Assembly (NCBI RefSeq): GCF_964355755.1
Contig: NC_092671.1
Coordinates: forward strand, 38,202,304 to 38,266,303
Direction of reading: 5' to 3'
Source of the DNA: Antedon mediterranea
Taxonomy: Eukaryota > Animalia > Echinodermata
DNA: 64,000 nt
Shown: positions 26,110 to 41,100 of the stretch, in pieces
Layout: each line of letters begins with the position of its first letter
How positions within the stretch are numbered: the first letter of the stretch is position 1
Made by a program: the position numbers and the translations under genes
The notes under the pieces: generated by a model
Seen by the model: only the letters and a program-made list of their open reading frames with translations
Databases searched by the model: none
What the model was told of the DNA's origin: nothing

Positions 26110-29100
26110 CGGTGATATTGATTATATTTAAACAAGAATTACTTTTACTACTACTACTACACAATTACAACCATTTACCTACAGATACTATTCTACAACA
26201 AAACACCTTAATAAAGTGGGGGTACACTGATGGTTCCACAAGGGGTATTCTTTAAATGAGGGTCAAAATCAGTCCCTGGGGGTGTCCCAGTGATTCCACA
26301 GTGGGTGAAACAAGTCAGTCAAATTTAATCTACTGTATTGATAATTTTAACATTTTGATGAAAGATATTAATTTTCAATCATATAATTAAAAAAAATGTG
26401 AAAATGATTAGTAATTTTTTTTGCAGGTTTTAAGGAATTGAACTTGGATTGACTTTGTTTTTTTAAATCTTCTTTTTTCATGTTAATTTATTTTGCTCGG
26501 AATCAAAATAATAACTAAATAATATTTTTTTAGCAAAAATTAACAAAAATGTAACTGTTGCTCTGTTATTTATTACCAGAATTGTTATTACATTTAGTGA
26601 TGCTACTAAAAAAAGAAAATGTAAGATTACATCTATAACAAAAATGCCCACTAGATATCCACTAGATTCAACATAAAAAACGACTCCATTAAAATTATGG
26701 AATAAAGCTCTGTCTACACTATCAAACCAAAAAAAAAGTGATGTGCCCATATATGGACATGATGGACACTACCATATTTGGGCACATCACACTTTGTTTT
26801 GTCAGTGCAGACAGATCTTAGGAAAATGTTGTATACAAAAATAAATATAATATGAATTTCCCAAATCAATAAAAACAGTTTCTAAAAGAAAATAAAGAAT
26901 TGTTAAAATCGATGAAGCATGCTACCACACTAATAACAGAATACATTGAACCATTTATGAATTAGTTTGATTGCCACATGAATGAGTGTTTTCATAGACT
27001 AGCTAAATGGACATATTTATTGCACAACATGGCAACAAAGATTGTAAAAATTATCTAGACATGTTCACAAACCAATTGGCGTTGTGATAGTTCCTACAAC
27101 TACAACCTGTTTTAAATTTGGTGTAATTGCTAAAGTAGGTTGGTTTCTAATGGTTAAGTTTTAGATGATTGTAAAGCTCTGTCTACACCATCATACTTTA
27201 TGTGATAAAAAAATGTGATATGCCCATATATGGATATCTGTGGACATATCACTACCATATTTTTGTCAAACTAGTTTGATAGTGTAGACAGAGCTTTAAC
27301 CTTTCACATTCTATGGTGCCACGTTGTGCAAACTGGTTATGTGCTCCTACAAACATCGCATGCATAACAAGCAAAATAAACATGGGCACATTCTGACGAG
27401 AAGACAATTTACATGAATTTTGCTGAGCAGATGCTGCGGCAGGAGGTGGTGGCGGAGGGGTTTCCAGGGAGTAACTGCTTGTCGGCTCAAGATACATAGA
27501 ATGACATTGGTTAGAAAGCAAACCTCGACGTCGACGTCTCGCTGCTTGATAAAGTGAGGAAGAAACAAGAGAAATTGAAAGAAATGCAGAAAAAGAAATG
27601 ATACCACACAGAAAGATTAAATGAATACATTAACCATAAATGAAATCATAATTTCAAAAATTTAGTTTCTTTCAAAAATTCCTAGCAATAGTAACATGGA
27701 CTTATAAATTAATAGGTCCATGATAATTCTTAATTTTTGTTAGTTTTTGGGATGACTGCTTTAATGAATTTAGGCATATTTGTACAATTTCAATTTAATG
27801 TTTATTTATTTACATATCATATCTATATTGTATATTTAAGAATTTAACGGTCTACAGAATATTATATATGAATAAATTGGCTTCAAAACTAATCATCCAG
27901 ATGCAGGTTGAATTTCCAAAATCTTTAAAGCTCTGTCTACACTATCAAACTATTTTGACCAAAAAAAATTTGCCCAAATATAGTAGTGACATGCTTAAAT
28001 GTGGTAATGATATGACATCATCATGTCCATATATGGGCACATCACATTTTTTGTCACATAAAGTTTGATAGTGTAGAAAAGAACTTTAGATCATCACTTA
28101 TTTCGTACAATCCTAACGTTCATTAAATTTATTAAAAACAATCAACAATGAAATGAACAAACGAAGAGAAGTAAACAGAAGATAACTTTAAAGAATAGAA
28201 ATATTATAATTGTTTAAGCTCTGTCTACACTATCAAACTAGTTTGACAAAAAAATGTGATGTGCCCAAATATAGTAGTGAAATGCCCACATATGGTAGTG
28301 AAATGACATCATCATGTCCATATGGGCACATCACATTTTTTTGTCACATAAAGTTTGATAGTGTATATAGAGCTATACACATGTTGTAATGCACTAGTTG
28401 GAATGATAATGAGTACCTCAATGATAATGATTAAAATGCATATTCCTTAAAAGTGACTTATTTTCGGTTAAAAAAACTGATTCGTTTATTGTACATGTCA
28501 TAAGTATCATGCTTACAAATAACAACAATCCTAAATTTTAAATTAAATACAGTATTCAACTTTACCTGAAACAAATAAATGTTACTCTTAAATTAAAAAT
28601 AGTAATAGAATGAGAAATGAATACAATTCACATTAAGTTCATACGATTGTATAAAAGTTTCATGGACATCAGAAATGTATTTTGGGAATGTCATCAAGTA
28701 ATTATAAATTATTGGAACATAAATTGTCATAATGTGCTATAAAAAATATTTTTAAAGCAATAATTTTTATTTTTAGATATGAAAGATAAGCAAAGCTTTG
28801 AGGATGAAAAACAGCAAAAGAACGGCAAAAAATGACAAAAAAAAAACAATTAAAATTGTCATTATTGTTAAAAAACCATGATAAAATTCCCACAATACAC
28901 CTGTTCGTGAAACCCAGTAAGTGCACTACTATATATGAGGCAGAAAGCATTTTGGCGTTTACCTAAATTTTCTCTAGATGTAGATTTGGACCGTGATATT
29001 CTTGATGCTACCGTGCCCGAAACGCTTGTGTTCCTCTGCGTGTGTCTTGAGCGTGCCCGTGAAGCTGCACCTGTGTTGACATCACTATTTGAACGAGGCC

Positions 29101-32100
29101 CGAGCACCAGTGCATTCCCATCTGTAGCGGTAAAAGCGCAAATAAAAAACCCAATGCATACACTTGTAAAGCTGCATCAAACCGATTGACAAAATTCAGT
29201 ATTTTATTATTGAAATTATCTTTTTTGCATTGAAAATAGAATGTAAGTTCCAAAGGTTTATAACGTTTTGTAGTAAATGGTTAATATTTTTCTTTACATA
29301 TAATTTTAAATTCTATCAATCAGTTTGTTTACTTTGGTGGTGCCATTACTCTACCATTTTATTTATCACAATTTTAATAAATTTCATAAATTATTTTCAA
29401 TAATTGTACTCAGTTATCAAGAATAACATGGAATTGTTTCTATTGAATAAAAAAGTTTTTTTAATTTAATTTTTGAATTCAGGTTAAAACTTTTTCTTTC
29501 TTCTTTCCAAAAATTTTCCAAATCGATTTCATAATTTATTTCCAATAATAGAATTGTTTCTATTGATTAAAAAAGGTTTTTTTTAATTAAATTTTAAATT
29601 CAAGTTAAAACTTTTTCTTTCTTCTTTCCATATTACAATATAAGTGATATTTATTGCAACAAACAATAAATCAGACATCAGACAAAGCAGGTAATTTGCA
29701 GGTGGACACAGTGAATAGAAATTTGCATGCAGGTGGATGTATAACAAAAGATGTGATTAGAAATGTGCTTGTGAGGTTCAAATGATCCTGTGCTGTGCTA
29801 AGTGAAATATAATAGGATCTAAATATTTTGCCTTTTACAAAGTGTCCATAGAAGAAAGCCTAAAGATATTTTACATGCAACGCATTGCTACGTATCACAA
29901 CCCATGGACAAACAAAGCCTATGTACAATCTACTGTCTACACTATCAAACTAGTTTGACAAAAAAAGTATGATGTGCCCAAATATGGTAGTGATACGACA
30001 TCATTATCTCCATAAATGGCTGCATAACATTTTTTTGTCACATAAAGTTTGATAGTGCAGACAGAGCTTAAGAATGTGTGTAACAATGGAAGGTGATGTA
30101 TTGAAGATAGTTAATATCTATTTGTATGTAATGAGTGGGGAGGTTGGGGGATGAGTGGGGTAGTTGGGGGATAGGGGGAAGGTTGGGAGATAAGGGGATA
30201 AATGGCGGTTTAATCATAGCCATGCAACATTGTGTGGGGTTACATTACAAACTTAAGCTTTGGAATGGACACAGTATGGGGTAAAGTGTAATTTTGGAGG
30301 GTGAGCAGGTAATCGAAAGGAATACTTTTGAGCAGAGGTTATTGACATTGTGATTGAAATATTGAACTAGCTTACCATGTTCTGATTTTGTGACCCTCAT
30401 TGACCTTCGAGCTGGTATTCCTGGAGTTATTCGACTGCTTAAACAAAAAAAAGTGTGTCATATAATAAAGTTTACATAATACAGAAAATGCAATTTTTTT
30501 TTACAATTTTGGAGGAATCAGACCATCCACTCCGATTCCACTTATCGGTGCCATTATTGTGAGGAATAGTAGAATAGAAAAAACCAGTCATTTTCGGTGG
30601 CAGGCTTAAGAAAATGCTATTTCCATTTTTTTAACAATAAAGGAATTTTGTACAGTACTGTATGAAAATAAAACCTGTTCATTTTTCTGGTAAATAACAT
30701 ATTTATCTGATGTACTATGACTACAGACATTTTTTTCAAATAATTGTATTTTTTAAAAAGAAAAACTTACAGATTTTCAGCAGAACTAGCTTTACTAGAA
30801 TTCTTGGATAGTGATCCGACGCTAGACGCTCCGCTAGCTTCACCCTGTAAACCACGCTGCTTTGACGGATCCAAACCATTAAACAATTTATCAGCTGCTT
30901 GTTTGAAATGCTCATGAAACTTCCAATATGCTCTGAAATAATGACAATATTAATTTAATGCACAAATAAAATTATATTAAAGATTGATTGAATTGATTAA
31001 AATAAAATTAAAAATCAATATAGTTTAAAAAAAAATTATTTATGATTTGTTGATCAGGAACTTATGCAAATGAGATTACAAATGTAAAGCACTATCAAAC
31101 TAGTTTGACGAAAAAAGTGTGATGTGCCTAAATATGGTAGTGATATGCTCAAATACGGTAAAGATATGACATCATCATGTCCATATATGGATTCACATAA
31201 GGTTTGATACTGTAGAAAGAACTTTAGTCTTTAAATTCACACATTCACTCTTTAATAATGAGTTTAACTTCGAAATATATTCGCTTATGTGTGGACAAAT
31301 ACAAACAAGTGTGACTAACTTTCTAGCAGTCGCCCTGGCTTCTGAGTCAGGATCCTCTATACCTCTACGTATTGCTTCTGACAAGGGATTCACGTGTCTC
31401 TCCATTGAGTGCGTTTCCCACGTTGATACAATTGTTAAAATAAATAACATTGTATGTCTGAGACAGAATTAAAATAATGTTAATAATAAATTACTGATTA
31501 TGGTTGTGAACTAGAATACAAGCATATAATTAGGAATATTGTAAAGTCATCAATATTAACAAGGCCAGACAAGGGATAACAGTAATAAAAATATAGAATC
31601 TATGTTATTCCTTATGACCATTTACAAACAATGCAGATCACAGATGGGTGATTTACGCTCAAGATAGATACAGATCCTATGTGGGACAAGCGGTTTTCCG
31701 CTTACCGTTACCGCTTGTCTGTGTAAAGTGGCCTTTAAGATACATTCTCATCTGGTCCGTTTCATGGAACGCAAGATAGCACTATTCAATTCTAACAATT
31801 TTCAATTATTTAACAAAACGGTGCCATCTTAAACTCTGTCTACACTATCAAACTTTGTGACAAAAAAAATGTGATGTGCCCAAATATAGACATGATGATA
31901 TCATATCACTACCATATTACTACCCCATTTGGGCACATCACACTTTTTAGTCAAATTAATTTGATAGTGTAGACAGAGTTTAACACACACACAGGTATAG
32001 AGGGTGCTGTTAAACATTTTCACACTTACCTTCTAATAGCTGTAGATTTTGATGATGAAAACCCGGTAATAATCGGCATTAACCTATGACCATGCGTTTG

Positions 32101-35100
32101 CTGTAACAAAACAACATAACATTTACTAATATGTTATCATGATGATGAAATTTTGCTATTTACATATAACCCACAGTTACAGTTTGTTTAATACATGGTC
32201 CTACCATAGAGATATTATACTGAACATCTCTATAGTCCCACTGACATTCATATAAACTTAAGTACTCATGTCACCCAGTGCTGACTTTAGGGAAATATGC
32301 TTTACATACAACTGGCTTTTTAGAATTATGGCAGATTATGCTAGATTTCCAATTTTTAGAATGAATGATAGATACTAAATGGGTCAAAATTAAGCTAGAT
32401 AGCACAATTATAATATCGCACACACCGCACACACAGGTAGTAGTATTACTTAGGTTAAGTGTTTTGGAGAAGTTTACTAAAGTATCACCTAATAAGGTGC
32501 AGCTTAATTACCAGTACAATATAAATATTTTAATAAGTAATGTAGCTCTTATTCTCAATGTTATATAAATCAAAAATTATAATTAAATTGAAAGTGTATA
32601 GCATGGTATAACATAGATCTTGATTACACCAGCAGTGAAGTCAACTGATACTAAGTATTTTTTTAATTTTAATTTTTTTAACCATATTTAATGAGGGTGA
32701 TCCATCCAGCTATTGCTGATCATTAGGGACCCTCAGAGGTTCACAAGACAAACATATACACAAGATGCTCTACATAAACAAAGTCTTAGTCTTTGGGAGT
32801 GGAGAATTTGTTCCTTAGAAAAAATCCTGACATGTGACGGGACTTCAACCCAGGACCCTTGGAATGGTAGCCAAGCATCATAACCACCAAGCCACAACTC
32901 CACTCCGTCCAGCAATGACGGCTACAAAGAACTATAACATTAACCATACAACCACCTTCCATCTTGATCGTTTCATTTGGTTTGAATGATCTCATTGGAA
33001 ACCTGACGTAGATCCTCTTTAATAACTTGTGACAGTGGTTGGAGGCACACACTTAATTGGTAACAGTGGCATAGGCTGCTTTTGTGCTTTCCTGGCAGCT
33101 AATGACTATGATTTTATATTTTCTCCTTGCGTCGTTTTGTTTAATTTGTTGATTGGTATTATATTTTGTTTTTTTTTCTTTTGTCTGAATAAATAAAAAA
33201 TAATTATAATAATAATATTTAATAATAATAATAATACGTACCTTTATTATTAGATTGATACACACCATGCCGGACGTTGACATGATTTTTGCACTATTTT
33301 GAAGTAGTAGAAATAATGTTGGTAAAACTGACTCAGCAGCATGTTCAAATGACCGGCCTAATTTGGAAGATAAATACCTGCAAAAAATCATTAAAAATTA
33401 CATTATAGAAATAAAAATTGTGATATATAATTAACTATATTGCTTTAAAGATGTATTGTCCCTAAAAACATGAAAAAGGAAGATTAATAAAATAGGCCAT
33501 ATTCCAGTTTTAATAAAGTTATTCACTTCTGTCAAAAAAAAAAAATTATTTCACTTATAAAAAGACAAAAGAAGCTTTAAATTAAATTTTTTTCAGGCAA
33601 ATCATTTTTTTCGATCCAGGTTTTTGTCAAAGTGAATAACTATTATTTGACATTAAAATGGCATATTCAACAAAAATGTTTTAAGAATTATTTTTTTAGG
33701 GGAACAATATATCTTTAAACCAAACATCGATTTAATGCTCACTTCTCTTACAACTTGTTAAAATATATTAATGTTTAAAAAAGTCTTTCGCTGTAATGTT
33801 AATACAGGCCTCAATTATAACCTGCTAAATACATTAATGTTTAAAATTCTTACGCTAATGTAATGCAGGCCTCTCGTACGACCTGTGACCTAAGATCTTT
33901 GGCGGACATAACTAATGAGTCTTCCATAAAGCGCAGACTCTGTGTAAAACAGTCATAATCTTTTGCTCCAGCTATCACAAGACTACGAATCTTCTTGAGC
34001 TGTAGAAAATAAAAATCATATTAATTATTAAAATAATACAATTTAATCAATTAATGTTTTTTACTTTAAAGTATTATTAACAAATATCACATTAATGAGG
34101 AAGATAATGAAAATATATTGATGATAATTGTGATGACATGATAAACATTGATAAAAATGTTGATCTAATGAAAATGTTGATAATGAAAATGCTGATAATG
34201 AAAATGCTGATAATGAAAATATTGATAATGAAAATGCTGATAATGAAAATGTTGTAAAATGTATGATTATATTTATGATGAAAAGTTGGTAGTGGTGATG
34301 TTGATACTAATGGTGTCGAGATGACCGAAATAATGATAGACTTACAGCACTACACCGCTGCTCCCAATCATTTTTATCATTATTCAGAATACTAGTAATG
34401 CTATTAAATTCTTCTTCTAATGATTTTGAACTAAAAATCTGAAATAAAACAAAAAAAATTAAAACATAAATAATAATCACATTATATTTGTGCAACTGCA
34501 ACTGATTATTTGATTTTAACATGAATCCCCTGTGGTCAAGTGGTCAACTGAACTCAACATAAGAGGTAAAACATCCTTTATTTCAATATGCTATTAAACA
34601 TTTTTTTTAATGATAAAGTGAAATCTCTATTTAGGGGCCATCCAATCACACTTTCCCTATTAAGAAGACACCATATTAAGGGGATATTTTGTCATTGTGC
34701 CCCTAAAGCGTGGTTCTAACTAGCGACACGTCGTAACGACAAATTGACGCAAAGTGATGTATTGCGTAATCTCAAATGGGAACCGACGATGCAACAATGC
34801 TGCATTGCAGGTTTGATTTAACGCAGGCGGGGGAAAACACAATTAATGGAAGGACTTTTTCTTACTTTGCGTAGGTTGCGTTACTAGTGGGAACCAAGCT
34901 TTAGTAGGGATTATACTGTATGTGACTAGGAGTACAGAAATAATATTAAGAGTCACTAGAAGCTACAGAGAGTGTTAACTATGTTAACTATAAGATAGAA
35001 GAACTTAAACTAGAGTATATCGACCTAAGAGATGATGATGATCTATCACATTTTGGTATTATATCAAGGATCTAGTACAACATAGACTAAACAAGAATTA

Positions 35101-38100
35101 ATGAACCTAAACAATTTGTCATACATCTTTAGTTCATCGTGACCTTTATACTCATTACCTTTATACTTTTAAATATAGAGTTGCTATTGCTACTTTAACC
35201 TATTGTAGACCCCTATTAAAGGGACATCATCAGGACCAAAAAAAGTGTTAGTGTTGGCCTTACAGTAACTTTTTAAGGGTGCATCCTCCGGGCCCAAAAA
35301 AAGTGGTATCCCTTGAATAAGGGTTGTCTGTAGTGTTAATAAATAATGTGCCTCATTTATTTCACAGGAAAGTGTCCACTTTATAGGGGTGTCCATAAGA
35401 AGCGGTTCTACTGCATTTTATATGTTCTGTCCAAGGTTAAAGATTCCATGTACTTTTGTTTGGTCTTGGAAACAAATTAATTTTATTTCATTTTTATTTT
35501 AACAACTTACTGATACTATAGGCACTTCTTCGTAAGCTTCTACAAATCTATCTTCATTTAAAGCTCCTACAAGAAATTACAAAAATGCTGCATTTTATAT
35601 ATTTGTGACAACAGAACATTAAAATAAATATTACAAAACAGAAGCTAAACTACATTAGTAATATTGATGACACATAAAAAAAGTATTTGTTTTTGTAAGA
35701 TTTATCCAATTACGGCAAATCTATAATTGGTGATTTCCGTGTTAGGAATTTCATTCAAAGTTTAATTGGTAGAGAAGGTCCAATGTCAGTTGAAGTATTT
35801 AACTACCTCTATCTATTTTAAGATTTCCTGTACCAATGTGTCTTATCGGTTGTGGAATTTTAATTATACCAACTAAATCGCTGTTAGCATTATTGTATCT
35901 GAAATAACATTTACATCATTTTTGATTTTATATTGTAATCATTACTTGACCGAGTTAAGTCTCATGTTTGAATATAATCCCACCCCCTAATTTAGGCTAA
36001 ATTTAGACACAAGACTTTGGTAAATGCAATTTAAGAATAATCCCACCCCTTAATTTTCACCAAATTTCAATCCAAGCCCCTGGGACTATGCTTGGTCATT
36101 TACCGCAATCATTAAACAATCAATATGTCATGAAAAGTGTCACCAACCTGCCGAGCCTGGACGACTTCCTAATTTCTTGCCAGCCGATGACGAGCTTCTT
36201 TTTACTGTGGTGGCTTTGTGGGAAGCCTGTAAAAAAGTAAACAAAAAATAACAAAAAATCAACAGTGATAAAACAAAATTGCTATATAATTAGAAAAAAA
36301 ATTTTAAAAATCAAAACTATGGGAATGAATATGAAATAGGACAACTGAAAACTTAAAAGAATATTTTGAAAAAACAAAATGTAAACAAAAAATGAAATAA
36401 GGATATATAATGAAAAGGAATATGAAATAAAATAACTAATTGAATTTTTTTTATTTTAAAAATTAAGTATTATTTGTTCTTTAATTATTATTAAATGTAA
36501 AAAAAAAACAATCTTAATTACTCTTTTAAAAAAAAACAATTGTATTTATTCATATGATTCATATGGTTATTTATTAATATGGTTCATATACAATTCTGAT
36601 ATAGTTGCAACTGAAAAATACATGAATCTTGTATCAAAGGTTGGTGATTCCATTATCTATGAGGGGTGTTCTTGTTCAGTATACTTTAGTCTATTTAATA
36701 TGTAATTAAACATGTTATTAAGTCTAATCTAGATTGTGTACAGTTAGTGTTCTTTCTGTAATTAAAGGTGTTTAAGTGAAATGCAGATTTTAAAACTTAG
36801 ATTTATCTGGAGTGTTTGGGAAAAAGAAAAAAGAAATTGATATCTTTAAATAAAATGTAAAAAAATAACAAAAAGTAAAAGAACAACATAATTAGAAATG
36901 TGTTGATAGATTTGGTAAAAAATCTAAATAATAAATAATATTAGTAATAAATATAAACTAAAAATATAGAGAATGGAAGGTTTTCAATAAAATTTAGTTC
37001 GAAAAAAGAAGAATAAAAATAAATTGAATGACCCTCAACCTGGCAACCAAATTTATGGTTGTTAATCCGCAAACAAGATTCTCACCTCACGGAATCGTTT
37101 CAAAATCTCTGCACGCGATGATGGCAAGGGAGGCTTGTGTGGCGTTGGCTCAAGCTCAATCTGTGCCGTCAGCCGCCAAATGTTGCGCAAAATAAATATT
37201 TCAAATTGGAAATTGATAAATCAACAAACACATCGTCCCATTTCAGTGTTAGTTTTGTAGTTTTTATGATAAAAGGATGTACAGAAAATGTATTTGTAAA
37301 GCCTTGTCTACACTATAAAAACTTTATGTAACAAAAAAATGTGCTCATATATGAACATGATGTCATATCACTACCATGTTTGGGTATAGTACTACCATGT
37401 ATGGGCATATAACACTTGTTTTGTCAAACTAGCTTGATAGTGTAAACCGAGGTTTAGAAAATGTATGTGTTAGATTATAACATTGAGTAAAATGGTCATT
37501 CTCCCAGGTTATAATATTATCAATAATAAATGAAATGTTCACTTCACAGCATTCAATACATTATAATAAATAATCATATGATTACAACAAAAAAGACATG
37601 TATATGCATCTAATTTGCATAATTAATTAGTATTCCATTGAACATCATTTAAGCTTATGAGTGCATTGTTATAGTTAGTATGATCTCACCTCATTAAAAG
37701 CGGCTACTGCCGAGGTTTTTTGTAGCATTGGTGTCACCCTAGAATTCCAAGGCTTTCGCTATAAACGTACAGAAACGAGCGTGCACACAAATGTTAGATA
37801 TGTTTACTATTTTACACACAAGTGCAGCAAATTTGGTGACAATCATAATATATTAATCTTTCTTTAAAATGTATTATAAATATATTGGAATAGTGTTACA
37901 ATAGAATTCTTTTTTTTAGGAGTAATTGGGTTGTCCTAAATTCATCATCAAATGTTTTTCTTTTTTTTTTCTCTCATGTATTTCATTTTACTGTTTTTAT
38001 GTATGATACTTATGATGTATGAATTCGAAATACAAACAAACAAACATTGTTGTAGTAGTGCAAAAATTATGATACAAATTTTAATTATAATGTATTGCAT

Positions 38101-41100
38101 TATAGCATGTCAAATTTTAAATAGTTTCTGAATGTAGGTAACCAGATGTCAACACAAGCAGAATAATTCTAAATCTTTCCCGGTAATCCGATTATCATCA
38201 GTAGTCGCTGAGTATTTATGTCCGTAGACAGTACATTATTTATGTATAACAATTTTATGCTGTTCAATAGTGTTGCAGCAGTAATATTTAAGTGGCTAGC
38301 CTCATAAAACCAGACACAATGTTGTGCCTAGCCTTATAAAACCAGACACAATGTTGTGCCTAGCCTTATTATGACCAGACACAATAATACTAGCAATTGT
38401 CTGCTGTTCAATAGTGTTCCAGGAGTAATACTGTATTTAAGTTGCTAGCCTCATAAAACCAGACACAATATTGTGCCTAGCCTCATAAAACCAGACACAG
38501 TTTTGTGCCTAGTTTTATTATGACCAGTCACAATAATATAACTGTCATACTACTAGCAACTAGTAAAACACACTGTTGACATTTATTGAAAGTGTAACAA
38601 CACATAAGCATTCACCGAATAACAGAACCTTTTTTGTATAAGTAATTTGGATGGATTAATAGATTAAATTGTCACCACAGAGCAGCTAAAATGAGAAGCA
38701 AAATGATATTTTAAACACAATAATACAATATTAATCATGCAACTACTATGCCTACAACAAACCACAATGAATTTTATACTTTATAAAGCAGCCACACATT
38801 GATTACTATTAAAACTAAGCACCTTACATGTAGTATTAGTAACACCTTTTAGTAGTACATAATAAATCTCAATAGGTGATCGCGCTACTTAAATGTTAAA
38901 TCTATTTTTAAAACAAATTTTGGTACATTTTCATTTAAAAATTAAAATTACTCATTAAAATAATAATTAATTAGAATTAAGTGCTAAAAACTAATTTTGA
39001 ATGATGAATTTTTATAAGCAAATTTTCTATGATTTTGGCCACTTTATATAAAACATATTCGCATTTAACAATCTATTTTCATAAAATATTTTAAAAATCA
39101 ATGGATTTTGGTCTAGTTTCACATTTTGTGCAATAATATAATAAGAGAAAGCAGAAAATAAAATCACATCACTAGATCAATATACCAGCAAGAAAATTTA
39201 AATTTGGTTTTGTATAAAAAAAAAACCAAATTCAGTGACCACCAGCATTAGTGTTAGTTTAGTGCTACTGCTAAAGCTCATTATAATACTAAACGCAATA
39301 TTATCCATGAAGATATGAATGCATTGCATGTTAGCAACAGCAAATTTTACAAAGTGGTGGGGTTTTATTAGGTGGCAAGGGGGGCAGACTCATGGTTAGA
39401 GTGGGTGCAATTCTAACACTACGTCTGCCCCCATATGATTATAAAGAGATATTTTACTTACTGCAGGTTTGTTGTCAGTTTCATCACCGCCACCTCCTCC
39501 TGCTTTGGGTGCTAAAAAATACAAGAAAACAAAAAATGTAAATATTAATGTCAAAACCTTATTTGAACTATGAAAAATATATGAAAAAATACGATTTTAT
39601 ACAGGTACAAAAAAGAAAAAACATTATTTATATTTATTTATCAAATTTTACAAAAGCTATAAATGTTAATGTCAAAACCTTATTTGAACTATAAAAAATA
39701 GGATTTTAAACAGGTATAAAAAAAATAAAACAATATTTATTTATAAAATTTGTCAAAAACTGTAAATGTTAATGTCAAAACCTTATTTGAACTATGAAAA
39801 ATATGTGATAAAATATGATTTTAAATAGTTATAAAAAAAAATAAAACAATATTTATTTATAAAATTTGTCAAAAACTGTACATGTTAACTTAAAACCTTA
39901 CTTTATTTGAACTACGAAAAATATATGACAAAATATGATTTTATACAGGTATTAAAATAAAAGATTTAAACAAATATTTATTTATAAAATTTGACAAAAC
40001 TAACAACATCAGCTGGTAACATTTGAAATCAATCTGCTGTGGCCTACATTTATCACTTGTAGATATGATAATACAAAATAAACCATAAATTAATACAACA
40101 ATATCATAACACATATCAATATCACTCTTTTATTAATAATTTGCATCCATGTCATATAAATGACAGACACTACAATTGATTTCTGTCCAAGGTTTGTGAT
40201 ATCATCTAATTGACAATGGCGGCTAAACGAGAAACAGTATCCTTTACCAACAGTTACACTTGCCAACCTAGTTTTTATAGCCTAATACCTTACACGTACT
40301 GTACTAGTCTGGCTATATGCTTTGTACCATAGATAATGGTAGACAGTAACGAAATTGGCCTAGATGTTAAGAACTTTAATTATTTTGTCGTTTTGTTTTA
40401 AATTAATTGATGCAGAAAATAAAATATAGGGCAACGGTTTCCACCCAAGAGTACAGCCACTATTGATCGTCCTTACGTCATAATATCTCTCATCTCATCT
40501 TTATTCTATGCCCTAATTCAGATCTACCAGTAAGAACTACAAACATTTTATGCTTTATTTAACTGCATCGGTCTTAAATTTTACTAAATATATTCTACTA
40601 TAGTCAACAACCAGACTCTGAATAATGTAAATTCACTCTAAGACAAGAAATGACGTTTTACGTTTTTAAAGTTAAATGTACCGTATGCATTATTTTTACA
40701 AAATGTCAACAATTGCAGGTCTATAAGTTTGAAATGCTTTGATATTGAAATTTTAAGAAATTAATGGTAGGCTGGGAAGTGAGATACCGATTTTTAAATT
40801 CTTTTTATTTCTTTATTTATTTATTACCATCACATTTGCCTAGACAGAAGAAGAGATTACCTTCCTAAATGTACTTAACCTAACCCTCATCTATCTCAAC
40901 TATAAAAAAAAACATGCTATTGATAGACTTCGAACCCAGGGTTCCAGTGTCATAGAGTAAACCCTTTACCACTCGACCAAACATTTTGGTTGGGATAGTC
41001 ACGTCAATTGACTATGATGGCATGGTTGTTCAGTCTAGTGTGACCGTGTATTCAAATGAGGCAAATGTGGAAGAATAGCTTACCATCAAGTTCAAGCAAA

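Noticed and set aside
25844-26255. Poly-His/Ile/Met ORFs
   Set aside because: (GAT)n microsatellite artefacts.
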